Assembly: GCA_945906755.1 (NCBI GenBank)
Contig: CAMDRJ010000001.1
Location: 11,638-75,637, forward strand
From: Klebsiella pneumoniae
GTDB taxonomy: Bacteria > Pseudomonadota > Gammaproteobacteria > Burkholderiales > SG8-39
DNA length: 64,000 nt
Direction of reading: 5' to 3'
The notes under the pieces were generated by a model. It was not told the DNA's origin. It saw only the letters and a program-made list of their open reading frames with translations, and made no database searches. Positions 36,520-46,160 of the stretch are shown here, piece after piece (the stretch's first letter is position 1; each line of letters begins with the position of its first letter). Position numbers and translations under genes: made by a program.

Positions 36520-37683
36520 CTAGAGCGCAGCGCGGCGATCGCCATTCGCAAAACCGATCAATGGCTGATCGAAACCTTTGCTGAATGCGATGGCCTTGAA
36601 TAATTCACCCATCTCGGCGGGCGATAGTAATCGCTGCACAGCATTGGCCATTGGCAAATAGCGGGCGGGTTCGTCGGGCGGCGTCCGTGCCAGCAAATCG
36701 GTAATGCCGCAGCTGATGAGGAAATTGGCCTGCGATGTGTAGCCGGCAAGTTCGAGGCCTGCTGCACCGGCATGCGTTGCGATCGCTGAAAAATCCACAT
36801 GCGCGGTGATATCGATCAGGCCGGGCAAAAAAAACGGATCGTCCAGCGCACGGTGGCGATAGTGACAGCGCAGCGTGCCCATCATGCGCTCCGGATGATA
36901 AAACTCGCGGGCCGGAAAGCCGTAGTCGATGAACAGGGCCGCCCCGCGCGTCAGCATCGTGCCGATCGCAGCAATGAAGCCGCGTGCTGCCAAGCCGATC
37001 TCGGTCGTGTAGGGGGGGCTGAGGTCGAGAGCCCGGCCGATCTGCAGGAGATCGCCGCTCGCGGAACGCCCTGCTAAATTGAAACGCTCGGCATTGTTGT
37101 CGAACATGACACCCAGCTCATCGATCCCTTGTGCGGCGATGTGCAACAAATGGACCGGCATCGCATCGAGCACTTCATTGCCGATGACCAGGCCGTTGAA
37201 CATCGGCGGCAATTGATTGAGCCAGATCACGCGTTCCATGAGTTGCGGTACGCGTGCGCGGAGCAGATCGCGTTCCCGTTCGCGCAGATCGGCCGATACC
37301 TCGAGGATGTAGTAGTGCTCGGGCAGGCAGTGTTCGCGTTCGAGTTCTTCGAGGATGGCGGCGGCGAGGGCGCCTGTGCCGGCGCCGATTTCGAGAATGT
37401 CAGGGCACCCCGCCTTGATCAATTGCATCGCCTGACGCGCAATCGCGTCCCCAAACAGCGGCGTCAGCTCGGGGGCGGTGATGAAATCACCCTTCTCGCC
37501 CAGTTTGCGCGCACCCGCGCTGTAGTACCCAAGCCCGGGTGCATAGAGCGCGAGCGACATATAGTCGGCAAAGCTGATCCATCCACCGGCTGTTGCGATC
37601 TGATCGCGGATATGCGCCTCGACCCGGCGGCTGTGCGCCAAGGCGTCGGGCGACGGATCAGGAATCGGCGGGCTGGCGGACAT
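36520..37683 (-). CDS. MidA/NDUFAF7-family SAM-dependent methyltransferase (DUF185)
   Basis: ORF 36520..37821; likely start MSASPPIP (37683). Motifs GDFITAPELTPLFG and ILEIGAGTGALA. Confidence 0.85.
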   Translation of the reverse strand: MSASPPIPDPSPDALAHSRRVEAHIRDQIATAGGWISFADYMSLALYAPGLGYYSAGARKLGEKGDFITAPELTPLFGDAIARQAMQLIKAGCPDILEIGAGTGALAAAILEELEREHCLPEHYYILEVSADLRERERDLLRARVPQLMERVIWLNQLPPMFNGLVIGNEVLDAMPVHLLHIAAQGIDELGVMFDNNAERFNLAGRSASGDLLQIGRALDLSPPYTTEIGLAARGFIAAIGTMLTRGAALFIDYGFPAREFYHPERMMGTLRCHYRHRALDDPFFLPGLIDITAHVDFSAIATHAGAAGLELAGYTSQANFLISCGITDLLARTPPDEPARYLPMANAVQRLLSPAEMGELFKAIAFSKGFDQPLIGFANGDRRAAL

Positions 37684-37768
37684 CGCAAGAGGTGTCTGAA
37701 GTGGCAACGGGGATGGTGGACCAATCCAGTAGAATCCACAACCCGCCTCGTCTGAAGCCCGCCTACCC

Positions 37769-38521
37769 ATGTCCACCGCTCCACTTACCGGCAAGGCCGC
37801 ACTGATTACCGGCGGCGCCAAGCGCGTCGGGGCAGCTGTTGCCAGGCGATTGCATGGGGCCGGGGCGAATCTGGTCGTGCATTACAAGACTTCGCACCGC
37901 GAAGCCCATGCGCTACAGGACGAATTGAATGGGATTCGCGATAAGTCGGTGAGTCTGGTGCAGGCCGATCTCCTCGATATCGCCGGGTTGAGTGAACTCG
38001 TCAAGACCACCGTCTCGGTGTGTGGTCGGCTCGATATTTTGATTAACAACGCGTCCACGTTCCATGCGAGTCCGATCGGCGAGATTACCGAGCAGCACTG
38101 GGAAGACCTGGTCGGCTCCAATTTGAAAGCACCGCTGTTTCTAGCGCAGGCGGCCGCGCCGCATTTGCGACGAAGCTCAGGCAGCATCGTCAACATCACC
38201 GATATTCACGCCGACCGCCCGCTCAAGAGCTATGTGGTCTATAGCGTCGCGAAGGCCGGGCTCGTTGGGCTCACCAAATCGCTCGCGCGCGAACTTGGTC
38301 CTGAGGTGCGCGTGAATGGCGTAGCGCCCGGTCCGATTCTCTGGCCCGATGATGGATCGTTCGATGCGGTGACACGTCAACGGGTCATTTCCCATACTCT
38401 GCTGAAACGCGTTGGCGATCCCGACGATATCGCCCGGGCCGTCTATTTTCTCGTCGCCGATGCCTCTTATGTGACCGGTCAAATCATCGCGATCGACGGC
38501 GGTCGGAGCGTCAACCTGTGA
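37769..38521 (+). CDS. Pteridine reductase / FolM-like short-chain dehydrogenase
   Basis: 250 aa. ALITGGAKRVGAAV, NNAS and the YSVAKAG catalytic motif. Confidence 0.8.
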   Translation: MSTAPLTGKAALITGGAKRVGAAVARRLHGAGANLVVHYKTSHREAHALQDELNGIRDKSVSLVQADLLDIAGLSELVKTTVSVCGRLDILINNASTFHASPIGEITEQHWEDLVGSNLKAPLFLAQAAAPHLRRSSGSIVNITDIHADRPLKSYVVYSVAKAGLVGLTKSLARELGPEVRVNGVAPGPILWPDDGSFDAVTRQRVISHTLLKRVGDPDDIARAVYFLVADASYVTGQIIAIDGGRSVNL

Positions 38522-39519
38522 TGGCGATCTGGTTGTCACGGCTAATTGGCGTTGCCGCGTTGTGTGCATTGACTGTCGCGGGACATGCCCAGCAGGCACC
38601 CGAAGCGGCCCGTGAAAGACTTGGCGAACGGCCGATTATCGGCTTTGTCGAAGACGTGCCCACGACCGCGGAAGTTGCCGGAGTCGGTCAACCCGTCACG
38701 CTGGAGCCCCATGTGCGGGTCGTATTCGTCAGTACCGCAGAAGGTTGGAAACCCGCTTGTACCTATGGCGAAGGCGAACCCGAGCGCCCGGAGTGTCTCG
38801 ATCTCGATTTGATTCGTCCGGTGACCTGGACCGTCGTGCATCAAGGCAAGCGGCTTGGTGAAGTGGAAACCAACGGCTGGTACGACGCACGCTATTACCG
38901 GACACTTGGAGTCCTGAAGCGCATTTCCAAGTCTGCGCCGCGTATCGGTAAACCGGACAAAGCGTTTGCGTCGTGGCTCGCGCCTGCCGCGCATCGCCCG
39001 GTGCTCGCGTATCGCAACGTAAATCTCCCCAGCCCGACGGGTTTGGTCAATACGGGTTGGGTCAATACCAAGCCCGCAGTGACCGACATGGCGATGATTC
39101 ACGCCATGTTTTTGCTTGCGTTCAAGGCGATGCCTCACTGCGGCGCGCCACCTGGTGCAACCCAAGCCATCGAAGCGAAGCACCTGTTCGTTTCGCATTC
39201 GACGCGCAATAAAGCGGGCGATCGTCTTCTAGGCGTACGGCTTGACCCCAAGTTCGCGAAGGGCTGCGAGGGGCCGCTTGGCTTGGAATGGTCCGATCTG
39301 TGGTTTTACGCCGCGGCTGATAAAGCACCGGTCATGTTGCCGGTCGAAATCGAAAATGACATGGCCCCTTTTCGCATGTCGCTGGTCGAAATGAGCGACC
39401 TCGACGGCGATGGCAAACCCGAAGCGCTGTTTTGGTTTTCGTCGCATAGCGTCGAGGGCTATCTCTTGGTCCATGATCAATTCGAGCGGCAGGTTCGCTT
39501 CATCTGGAAATATCAATGA
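38518..39519 (+). CDS. Secreted hypothetical protein
   Basis: 333 aa. Signal peptide [27 protein letters not shown]-terminal DLDGDGKPE motif. 4-nt start/stop overlaps with both neighbours. Confidence 0.7.
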   Translation: MMAIWLSRLIGVAALCALTVAGHAQQAPEAARERLGERPIIGFVEDVPTTAEVAGVGQPVTLEPHVRVVFVSTAEGWKPACTYGEGEPERPECLDLDLIRPVTWTVVHQGKRLGEVETNGWYDARYYRTLGVLKRISKSAPRIGKPDKAFASWLAPAAHRPVLAYRNVNLPSPTGLVNTGWVNTKPAVTDMAMIHAMFLLAFKAMPHCGAPPGATQAIEAKHLFVSHSTRNKAGDRLLGVRLDPKFAKGCEGPLGLEWSDLWFYAAADKAPVMLPVEIENDMAPFRMSLVEMSDLDGDGKPEALFWFSSHSVEGYLLVHDQFERQVRFIWKYQ

Positions 39520-40418
39520 ACGCCCCCGATTTTCTTAAAGCAGAAAAGGCCGCGCGCGAGGCCAACAAGCTCGATCGCAGGCTCTGCCGGGCGGTGGGTC
39601 AGGCGATATCTGACTTCGACATGATTCGCGCGGGCGATCGCGTGATGGTGTGCTTATCAGGCGGCAAAGACAGCTACGGCATGCTCGATATCCTGCAAAA
39701 GCTGCGGGTGCGGGCGCCGATCGATTTCGAAATTATCGCGGTCAATCTGGATCAAGGGCATCCGGGATTTCCAGAGCACATCCTGCCCCATTTCCTCACC
39801 AAGCAAGGCGTGCCGTTTCGCATCGAAAAGCAGGACACCTATTCCATCGTGAAGCGGGTGGTCCCGGAAGGCAAGACGATGTGCTCGCTTTGCTCGCGCT
39901 TGCGGCGCGGCGTGTTGTACCGGGTGGCCGGCGAGCTAGGTGCGACGCGCATCGCGCTTGGCCATCATCGCGACGACATCATGGAAACGTTTTTCCTCAA
40001 TCTGTTTTTCGGCGGCAAGCTGAAAGCGATGCCGCCCAAGCTGGTGTCCGATGACGGTCGCCATGTGGTGATTAGACCGCTCGCCTATGTGAAGGAAGCT
40101 GATCTCGAACAATACGCAATCGAACGCGCGTTCCCGATCATTCCATGTGATCTCTGTGGCTCGCAAGATATGCTGCAAAGGAAGCAGGTGAAGGCGATGC
40201 TGCGCGATTGGGAGAAGCGTTTTCCCGGTCGTGTCGAGTCGATCTTTAGGAGCATGCAGAACGTGCGCGGTTCGCATCTGCTCGATCGCTCGCTCTTCGA
40301 TTTCGTCAATCTCGCCCCCACCGGCGTGCCCGATCCAGAGGGTGACAAGGCGTTTGATGGCGATCCTTGCGAAACGCCCGCCACGACCGGCTTCCCGATT
40401 CCGGTGACCAGTCGGTAG
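39516..40418 (+). CDS. ttcA: tRNA 2-thiocytidine(32) synthetase
   Basis: PP-loop CLSGGKDS, plus the cysteine motifs [10 protein letters not shown] and PCDLCGSQ. Confidence 0.95.
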   Translation: MNAPDFLKAEKAAREANKLDRRLCRAVGQAISDFDMIRAGDRVMVCLSGGKDSYGMLDILQKLRVRAPIDFEIIAVNLDQGHPGFPEHILPHFLTKQGVPFRIEKQDTYSIVKRVVPEGKTMCSLCSRLRRGVLYRVAGELGATRIALGHHRDDIMETFFLNLFFGGKLKAMPPKLVSDDGRHVVIRPLAYVKEADLEQYAIERAFPIIPCDLCGSQDMLQRKQVKAMLRDWEKRFPGRVESIFRSMQNVRGSHLLDRSLFDFVNLAPTGVPDPEGDKAFDGDPCETPATTGFPIPVTSR

Positions 40419-40537
40419 TCGGTCCAGCCGGCGTCGGGTGTAAAGGGCGGCGTTCCCCAACGCTGCGCGGCGGCCGGCAATCGCCCGCCCGAGCGCGAAA
40501 TTCACGGATTGGAACAATTGGTTTGCCAGATCCATGT

Positions 40538-40556
40538 TGTCAAAGTAAACTTGACA
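40538..40556. promoter_or_regulatory. TGTCAA-N7-TTGACA palindrome overlapping a -35-like TTGACA; candidate operator/promoter
   Basis: tgtcaaagtaaacttgaca lies 20-30 nt upstream of the HTH-encoding ORF start. Confidence 0.3.
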
Positions 40557-40575
40557 TGATAGTCTCGCCGCACAC

Positions 40576-40851
40576 TTGAAGGATGCCATGCCCAACGTTC
40601 CCGATCGTCTTATCGCGCTGTTCGGTTCCCAGGCCGAAGTCGCTCGCCGCCTGCGGATCGACCGGGCCGTGATCAGCCATTGGGTGAAATGCGGTTATGT
40701 GCCTGCGCGTTGGTCGATGGAAGTCCAGTCGGTAACCGGCGGACAGATCGGCGCGGATGAGGTGCTGCGGGAAGCCACGCTCGCCAAACCGATTCGGTTG
40801 AAATCACGCTCCGACGATGACTCAGTTTCTGCTAACCAGGAAGGACACCAC
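40576..40851 (+). other. In-frame 5' extension of the aminotransferase ORF encoding a Cro/YdaS-like helix-turn-helix domain
   Basis: LFGSQAEVARRLRIDRAVISHWVKCGYVPARWSMEVQSVTGGQI fits the YdaS/Cro-like HTH pattern. Possible starts are TTG 40576 and ATG 40588, the latter with GAAGGA 4 nt upstream. There is no stop before the aminotransferase. Confidence 0.6.
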
Positions 40852-42102
40852 ATGAATCAATTTGCCCCCGCCAAGCGCATCACTTCATTTCATCCGCCGC
40901 AACGCACATTGATGGGGCCCGGGCCCACCGAGATTCATCCGCGCGTGCTCACCACGATGAGTCAGCCCGCGATCGGCTATCTCGATCCGGTGTTCGTCGA
41001 GATGATGGAAGAACTCAAGTCGCTGCTGCGTTACGCCTATCAGACTAAGAATCCGCTGACCTTCCCGGTGTCGGGCCCAGGCTCGGTGGGGATGGAATAC
41101 TGCTTCGTCAATCTGGTCGTGCCAGGCGACAAGGTGATCGTCGCCCGCAACGGCGTATTTGGCGGCCGGATGATCGAGAACGTCGAGCGCGCGGGCGGCA
41201 AGGCGATCGTCGTCGAGAGCGAATGGGGCGAGCCGGTTGATCCGAATAAGGTCGAAGAAGCCTTCAAGGCCAATCGCGATGCACGGCTGTTTTCATTCGT
41301 GCATGCGGAAACCTCGACCGGCGTGCAATCGGATGCGAAGACGCTCGTCGCCCTGGCGCATCAGTACGAATCGCTCGCGATTGTCGATGCGGTCACGTCC
41401 CTCGGCGGCTCGCCGCTCAAGGTCGACGAGTGGAATATCGACGCGGTCTACTCCGCCAGCCAGAAATGCCTGTCATGCACGCCCGGCCTGTCGCCCGTGT
41501 CGTTTTCCGAGCGCGTGGTCGATTATGTGAAAGCCCGCAAGGACAAGATCAAGAGCTGGTTCATGGATATGAATCTGTTGCTTGGCTACTGGGGTGCCAC
41601 GACCCGCACTTACCATCACACCGCGCCGACCAATTCGCTGTTTGGATTGCATGAGGCGTTGCTCCTCATTCGCGAAGAAGGGCTCGAGAACTCCTGGGCC
41701 AGGCATGCCCGCCACCACTTGGCGCTCAAGGCCGGTCTGGAGGCGATGGGTCTGCAATTCTTGGTGAAAGAAGCCTATCGGCTCCCGCAAATGAATGCGG
41801 TGCGGATTCCCGAGTCGATCCAATCGAAAGATGCCGATATTCGCAAACGGCTCCTCAACGATTTCAATCTCGAAATCGGTGCAGGGCTCGGACCTTTGGC
41901 TGGCAAGATCTGGCGGATCGGTACGATGGGCTACAGCTCACGACCGGAGAACGTAATGCTGTGCCTCTCGGCGCTTGGTTCGGTGCTGGATGACATCGGC
42001 TACAAGATTCATGTCGGTGACGCGGAAGCCGCTGCGCACCAGGCCTATGCCTCACTCCACGCCAAAGCCGCGCAAGCCAAGCAGCAGAAGAAGGCTGCGT
42101 AA
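40852..42102 (+). CDS. Class V aminotransferase (alanine-glyoxylate / serine-pyruvate aminotransferase type)
   Basis: MNQFAPAKR... start at ATG 40852 with AGGAAGGA upstream. LMGPGPTEIHPRVL N-terminal motif and SASQKCLS PLP-lysine context. Confidence 0.88.
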   Translation: MNQFAPAKRITSFHPPQRTLMGPGPTEIHPRVLTTMSQPAIGYLDPVFVEMMEELKSLLRYAYQTKNPLTFPVSGPGSVGMEYCFVNLVVPGDKVIVARNGVFGGRMIENVERAGGKAIVVESEWGEPVDPNKVEEAFKANRDARLFSFVHAETSTGVQSDAKTLVALAHQYESLAIVDAVTSLGGSPLKVDEWNIDAVYSASQKCLSCTPGLSPVSFSERVVDYVKARKDKIKSWFMDMNLLLGYWGATTRTYHHTAPTNSLFGLHEALLLIREEGLENSWARHARHHLALKAGLEAMGLQFLVKEAYRLPQMNAVRIPESIQSKDADIRKRLLNDFNLEIGAGLGPLAGKIWRIGTMGYSSRPENVMLCLSALGSVLDDIGYKIHVGDAEAAAHQAYASLHAKAAQAKQQKKAA

Positions 42103-42124
42103 CACCGTCGCCGCGGTTCATCAG

Positions 42125-42162
42125 AAGGGCCACATCGGATTCGGGCGTGGCCCTTTTGCTTT
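42125..42162. terminator. Rho-independent terminator candidate (bidirectional) between convergent genes
   Basis: aagggccac (42125..42133) pairs with gtggccctt (42147..42155), followed by ttgcttt. Confidence 0.6.
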
Positions 42163-43213
42163 ACATCTTCAGCACCACCCGACCAACGATCTTGCCGTCC
42201 TTCAGCTCTTGCAACGAGCGCTCGACTTGATCGAGATTGCGCGTCTCAATCGGGATCGATTTCAATTTGCCGGCGCGGGCAAGTGCGACGACTTCCTTCA
42301 GTTCGGCAACGGTGCCCACATACGAGCCCTGAATCGCGATACAGCGCTGGGCGATTGGCACGAGGCTCACCGGTATCTCGCCACCGAATAGTCCGCAGAC
42401 GACGTACTTACCGCCTTTGCGTAGCGATGCCACACCAAGCGTTGCCGTCTCGGTGGCGCCGACGAGATCAATCACGGCTTGGGTGCCGCCCCCCGACATC
42501 TTCTGGAGTTTGGCAAGCGCTTCCTTGTCGCGCGAATCGAGCACCGCGCTGGCGCCGGCCGCTCTTGCGGCATCGAGTTTCGCCGCATCGATGTCGACTG
42601 CCACCACGTTGCGATGTCCAAGCGCCTTGAGGATCGCAATACATTGCAGGCCGAGGCCACCCGCGCCCATCACGACCACCCAATCGTCCGCCTCAAATGG
42701 CCCCGCTCGCCGGATCGCGCCGAAGGTCGTTAGACCCGAGCAGGCGAGGGTCGCAGCAAATGCCGGTTCCACCCCCGCCGCATCGACCAGGTAGCGTGGA
42801 TGCGGAACGATCAGGTAATCCGCATAGCCGCCTGGGCGTCCCACGCCCATGAAGCGCGGCGCCATGCAAAGATTGTCATTACCGCTGTTGCACTTTGCGC
42901 AGTTGCCGCAGCCGGTCCAGGGACAGACGAGTCGATCTTGCCCGATCGGCACAGCACCCGCGTCCGGCCCGGCCGCCATCACCGTGCCCAATGGTTCATG
43001 GCCCATTGTGATCGGCGGCTTCATACCGCGTTCGGTCATGTAAAACCGCTTGCCGCCACCCAATTCAAAGTAGCCGTCCCGGATGTGCACATCGCTATGG
43101 CAAACGCCTGAATACTTGAGCTTGATCAGCACTTCGGTGCCGGTGGGCTTCGGCGTCTCGCGCATTACGCGTTGTAAAGGCTTGCCCCAATCAACGACTT
43201 CGTAGCTCTCCAT
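42161..43213 (-). CDS. Zinc-dependent alcohol dehydrogenase (MDR family)
   Basis: ORF 42161..43330; likely start MESYEVVDW (43213). Signature GVCHSDVH and GAGGLG. Confidence 0.85.
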   Translation of the reverse strand: MESYEVVDWGKPLQRVMRETPKPTGTEVLIKLKYSGVCHSDVHIRDGYFELGGGKRFYMTERGMKPPITMGHEPLGTVMAAGPDAGAVPIGQDRLVCPWTGCGNCAKCNSGNDNLCMAPRFMGVGRPGGYADYLIVPHPRYLVDAAGVEPAFAATLACSGLTTFGAIRRAGPFEADDWVVVMGAGGLGLQCIAILKALGHRNVVAVDIDAAKLDAARAAGASAVLDSRDKEALAKLQKMSGGGTQAVIDLVGATETATLGVASLRKGGKYVVCGLFGGEIPVSLVPIAQRCIAIQGSYVGTVAELKEVVALARAGKLKSIPIETRNLDQVERSLQELKDGKIVGRVVLKM

Positions 43214-43421
43214 CTTGGCGTCTCCTTGTGAGTCTTCCGCGTTTCCACCGTCGATTCTAATCGCGATGGCAGCAAGCGCGGCATTTGCACTCTGCCCACC
43301 GCCCGATCCGGCCGATGAGCCTGGATGCATGCCCGGTTGAGCAACTCAAGCGGTCCTGCGAAGTGTGACAACCAGGCGATCGACGTTCTGTCGGATTCGC
43401 TCCATCGTTCAGGAGAATGGC

Positions 43422-43766
43422 ATGAAACCGCGTGGCGAACGCATTGCCTGCATGATCGAAACCGTCGATGGCGCTCGCGGCGTCTATTCGGTGTTCGCCG
43501 GATCAGAACCGCAATCGATTGATCGCATCGATCCGGTGGAATGGGGTGCGACGAAACCATCGGGGCGCGTGAAGCTCGCAATGTTCAGTGTCATCGCCGA
43601 AATGGGTATGACCGGGCAGATTGTCCGCATCACCGGGCTGGAATGGATGGCGCTGATGCGAGCGAATCAAATGCAACACTTCTACGCGACCATCCTATGG
43701 GGTGGCGGGCCGCTGAAGGTCGTTCAAGACGCGCTCGAAGTGGGAAAGGCGGGCGTTCCCGCATAG
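43422..43766 (+). CDS. Hypothetical protein
   Basis: ORF 43365..43766. ATG 43422 is preceded by AGGAGA. 114 aa. No recognisable family. Confidence 0.55.
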   Translation: MKPRGERIACMIETVDGARGVYSVFAGSEPQSIDRIDPVEWGATKPSGRVKLAMFSVIAEMGMTGQIVRITGLEWMALMRANQMQHFYATILWGGGPLKVVQDALEVGKAGVPA

Positions 43767-43840
43767 CCGTTGCGGCAACTCATTTGGAAAACAATCCTGA
43801 GACCTTTACGAAAAGCTCCGACTAGTTCACAACGCACTCG

Positions 43841-45145
43841 GTGAAATTTCGTCGCACCTGTGCTTTCTTTAGCACGCTAGCGCAAAATGCGCGCATTAGA
43901 GCTTTACAGATGTTCCCTCCCAGCATGACGCACGACGAAGCACGCACAATTTCGTGGCGCTCGATCGCATCCATCACCCTCGTGGTGCTTGGCGTCGTCA
44001 TCGTGGTCGCGTTCGGATGGCAGGCCATTCGTGCCGAAGACGACACACGTACGCGCCTTGCCAATGCGCAAGCTCTCACGCGCCATGTCCTCGAGTTACG
44101 TTATCTGGCCGCTGATCTTGATGCTGCGCAAATCGTCTATGCGATTGAACTTTCGCGGAGCGGTCAAGCAGACCTAAAAGAAGGTCATCCGGTAAAGCTG
44201 GCGTTTTCGGGTGCCCTGACTGCATATCGTTCAAGGCTCGCCGCGATCGATGTGGCGCGCCTCACCATCGATGAGCAACGTCATCATCAGGCCGTGCAAC
44301 GCGCATTCGAGCTGTTTGCCAAATCGCAAGAACGAATGCTCGCCAGAAATCGGCAAAGTGCTGCCCAGGCTGGCGGCGCATCGCAAGACGGCAATGTCAA
44401 GCCGTCCTTCAAGCCTTCCGTGGAATTGGTGGCAGAGTTGGTGGAGCGCGTGAGTTCGCGCGCGGACCGGGCCGCCGTATTGGCCGCGCATGCGAGTGAC
44501 TACGCCGGGATATGGAAAGTTGTGGTCGGGGCAACGATCGCATTGCTTGGCGCGCTCTTTGGTGTGATCAACGCGCGGACCATCATGCAACGCGTCGGTC
44601 AAATCGGCAGCTTCGATCCGTTTTCGGGCATCGATCAACTGACTTCGGTGGCCAATCGCCGTCGCTTTGACGAAGAGTGTCCACGCGCCTTGGAGCGCGC
44701 TCGTCGAACAGAGCGTGAAGTCTCGGTAGCCAAGCTCGATCTGGACAATTTCGATGTGATCAGCGGGACCAATGGCCATCTGGCGGGCAATCGCTTGCTG
44801 GCGGCGACTGCGGCGTCGATATCTTCGCGTTTGCGGGAAGGGGACATGATTGCGCATTATGGTCCGGAGGAATTCGCCATCATCCTGCATGGATGCAGTG
44901 CCGATGCCGCGCGCGAAATTATCGATCGGGTTCGGGAGCTGGTTCCTGAAGGCCTCACGTTTTCCGCTGGCGTTATGGCTTCCGACGGCCATGAAGACGC
45001 GGCCATGACGCTCGCGCGCGCGGACCAAGCCCTTGATGCCGCGACGCATGCAGGACGCAATCGCACCGTCATCATGCGTCGTGATGCAACCGTCGAGCTG
45101 CAGCGCGACACCGACTTGCCGTTTGTGGTGGTGCGACGGGGCTAG
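43841..45145 (+). CDS. Membrane-associated GGDEF-domain protein with a degenerate active site (GPEEF) and retained RxxD I-site
   Basis: TM segment ITLVVLGVVIVVAF. GGDEF domain with LDLDNFDVISGTNGHLAGNRLL and REGD-MIAHY-GPEEF. The start may be further downstream (MFPPS at 43910). Confidence 0.8.
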   Translation: MKFRRTCAFFSTLAQNARIRALQMFPPSMTHDEARTISWRSIASITLVVLGVVIVVAFGWQAIRAEDDTRTRLANAQALTRHVLELRYLAADLDAAQIVYAIELSRSGQADLKEGHPVKLAFSGALTAYRSRLAAIDVARLTIDEQRHHQAVQRAFELFAKSQERMLARNRQSAAQAGGASQDGNVKPSFKPSVELVAELVERVSSRADRAAVLAAHASDYAGIWKVVVGATIALLGALFGVINARTIMQRVGQIGSFDPFSGIDQLTSVANRRRFDEECPRALERARRTEREVSVAKLDLDNFDVISGTNGHLAGNRLLAATAASISSRLREGDMIAHYGPEEFAIILHGCSADAAREIIDRVRELVPEGLTFSAGVMASDGHEDAAMTLARADQALDAATHAGRNRTVIMRRDATVELQRDTDLPFVVVRRG

Positions 45146-45172
45146 CACCCCGGCCGCGGTGACGCCATAGCT

Positions 45173-46135
45173 ATGTCATCGCACCACCATCCGAGTCACT
45201 CCGCGCATGACGCTCACCACGATCACGCTCACCACGATCACGGCCACCACCACGCGCACGGCCCTGGGCCCGGGCATCGCGCGTTTGCCTGGAGCATCAC
45301 GCTCAATCTTTGTCTCGTAACCGGTCAATTCATATTCGGTGTGATGGCCGGTTCCCTTGCGCTGATTGCCGATGCGGGCCATAACCTAGCCGATGTCCTC
45401 GGACTTTTTATTGCTTGGTTTGCGGCGGCCGCAGCGCGGCGGGTGCCCACCCCCCGATTGAGTTATGGATTGCGTGCAACATCGATTTGGGCGGCGCTCA
45501 TCAACGCCGGACTTATCCTCGTCGCTTGCGGCGCGATTGCCTGGGAAGCCATGCATCGATTTTCCGTGCCGCGCGAAGTCGCCGGTCATATCGTGATCTG
45601 GGTGGCCCTGGCGGGCGTCGTCATCAACGGGCTATCGGCGGTGCTGTTTCATCGCTCGGCCGCCCACGACTTGAATGCAAAGGGCGCATATCTGCATTTG
45701 ATCGGGGATGCGGCCGTCTCACTCGGTGTGGTCGTGGCAGGGATTGCCATCGTGCTCACCGGATGGTCCTGGATCGATCCCGCGATGAGCCTACTGGTGG
45801 TGACCTTCATCGTGTTTGCGACTTGGCGGATGTTTCGTGAATCGCTCAATCTCGCCTTGGGCGGCGTGCCGCTTGGCATTGACCCGGGCGAGGTCCGTGC
45901 GTTTCTTCGGTCGCATACTGGGGTCACCGCGCTACATGATTTGCATGTGTGGGCCATGAGCACCACCGAAGTTGCCTTGACGGCGCATCTGGTTATGCCG
46001 ACCGGACATCCGGGGGACGAATTTCTCCGGCAACTTTGTGAATCCCTTGAAGCGCGGTTCGGTATTCATCATGCGACGATTCAGATCGAACAAGGCAGCA
46101 TCGAATGCCGTCTCGCACCTGATCATGTAGTCTGA
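45173..46135 (+). CDS. czcD: Cation diffusion facilitator (CzcD/ZitB-type) metal efflux protein with a His-rich N-terminus
   Basis: 320 aa. HNLADVLG (TM2) and HLIGDAAVSLGVV (TM5) motifs. N-terminal HHHPSHSAHDAHHDHAHHDHGHHHAH. Confidence 0.9.
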   Translation: MSSHHHPSHSAHDAHHDHAHHDHGHHHAHGPGPGHRAFAWSITLNLCLVTGQFIFGVMAGSLALIADAGHNLADVLGLFIAWFAAAAARRVPTPRLSYGLRATSIWAALINAGLILVACGAIAWEAMHRFSVPREVAGHIVIWVALAGVVINGLSAVLFHRSAAHDLNAKGAYLHLIGDAAVSLGVVVAGIAIVLTGWSWIDPAMSLLVVTFIVFATWRMFRESLNLALGGVPLGIDPGEVRAFLRSHTGVTALHDLHVWAMSTTEVALTAHLVMPTGHPGDEFLRQLCESLEARFGIHHATIQIEQGSIECRLAPDHVV

Positions 46136-46160
46136 GGGCAGGAGATCAAAGGGGACCGTA

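Noticed and set aside
43214-43330. 39-codon extension of the alcohol dehydrogenase ORF, and similar upstream extensions of hyuA (57927..58046), hyuB (60050..60139), MidA (37684..37821), ilvA (26393..26416) and the third Bug gene (18463..18534)
   Set aside because: The extensions lack family homology and overlap neighbouring genes or promoters. Better-placed internal starts carry SD-like sequences.
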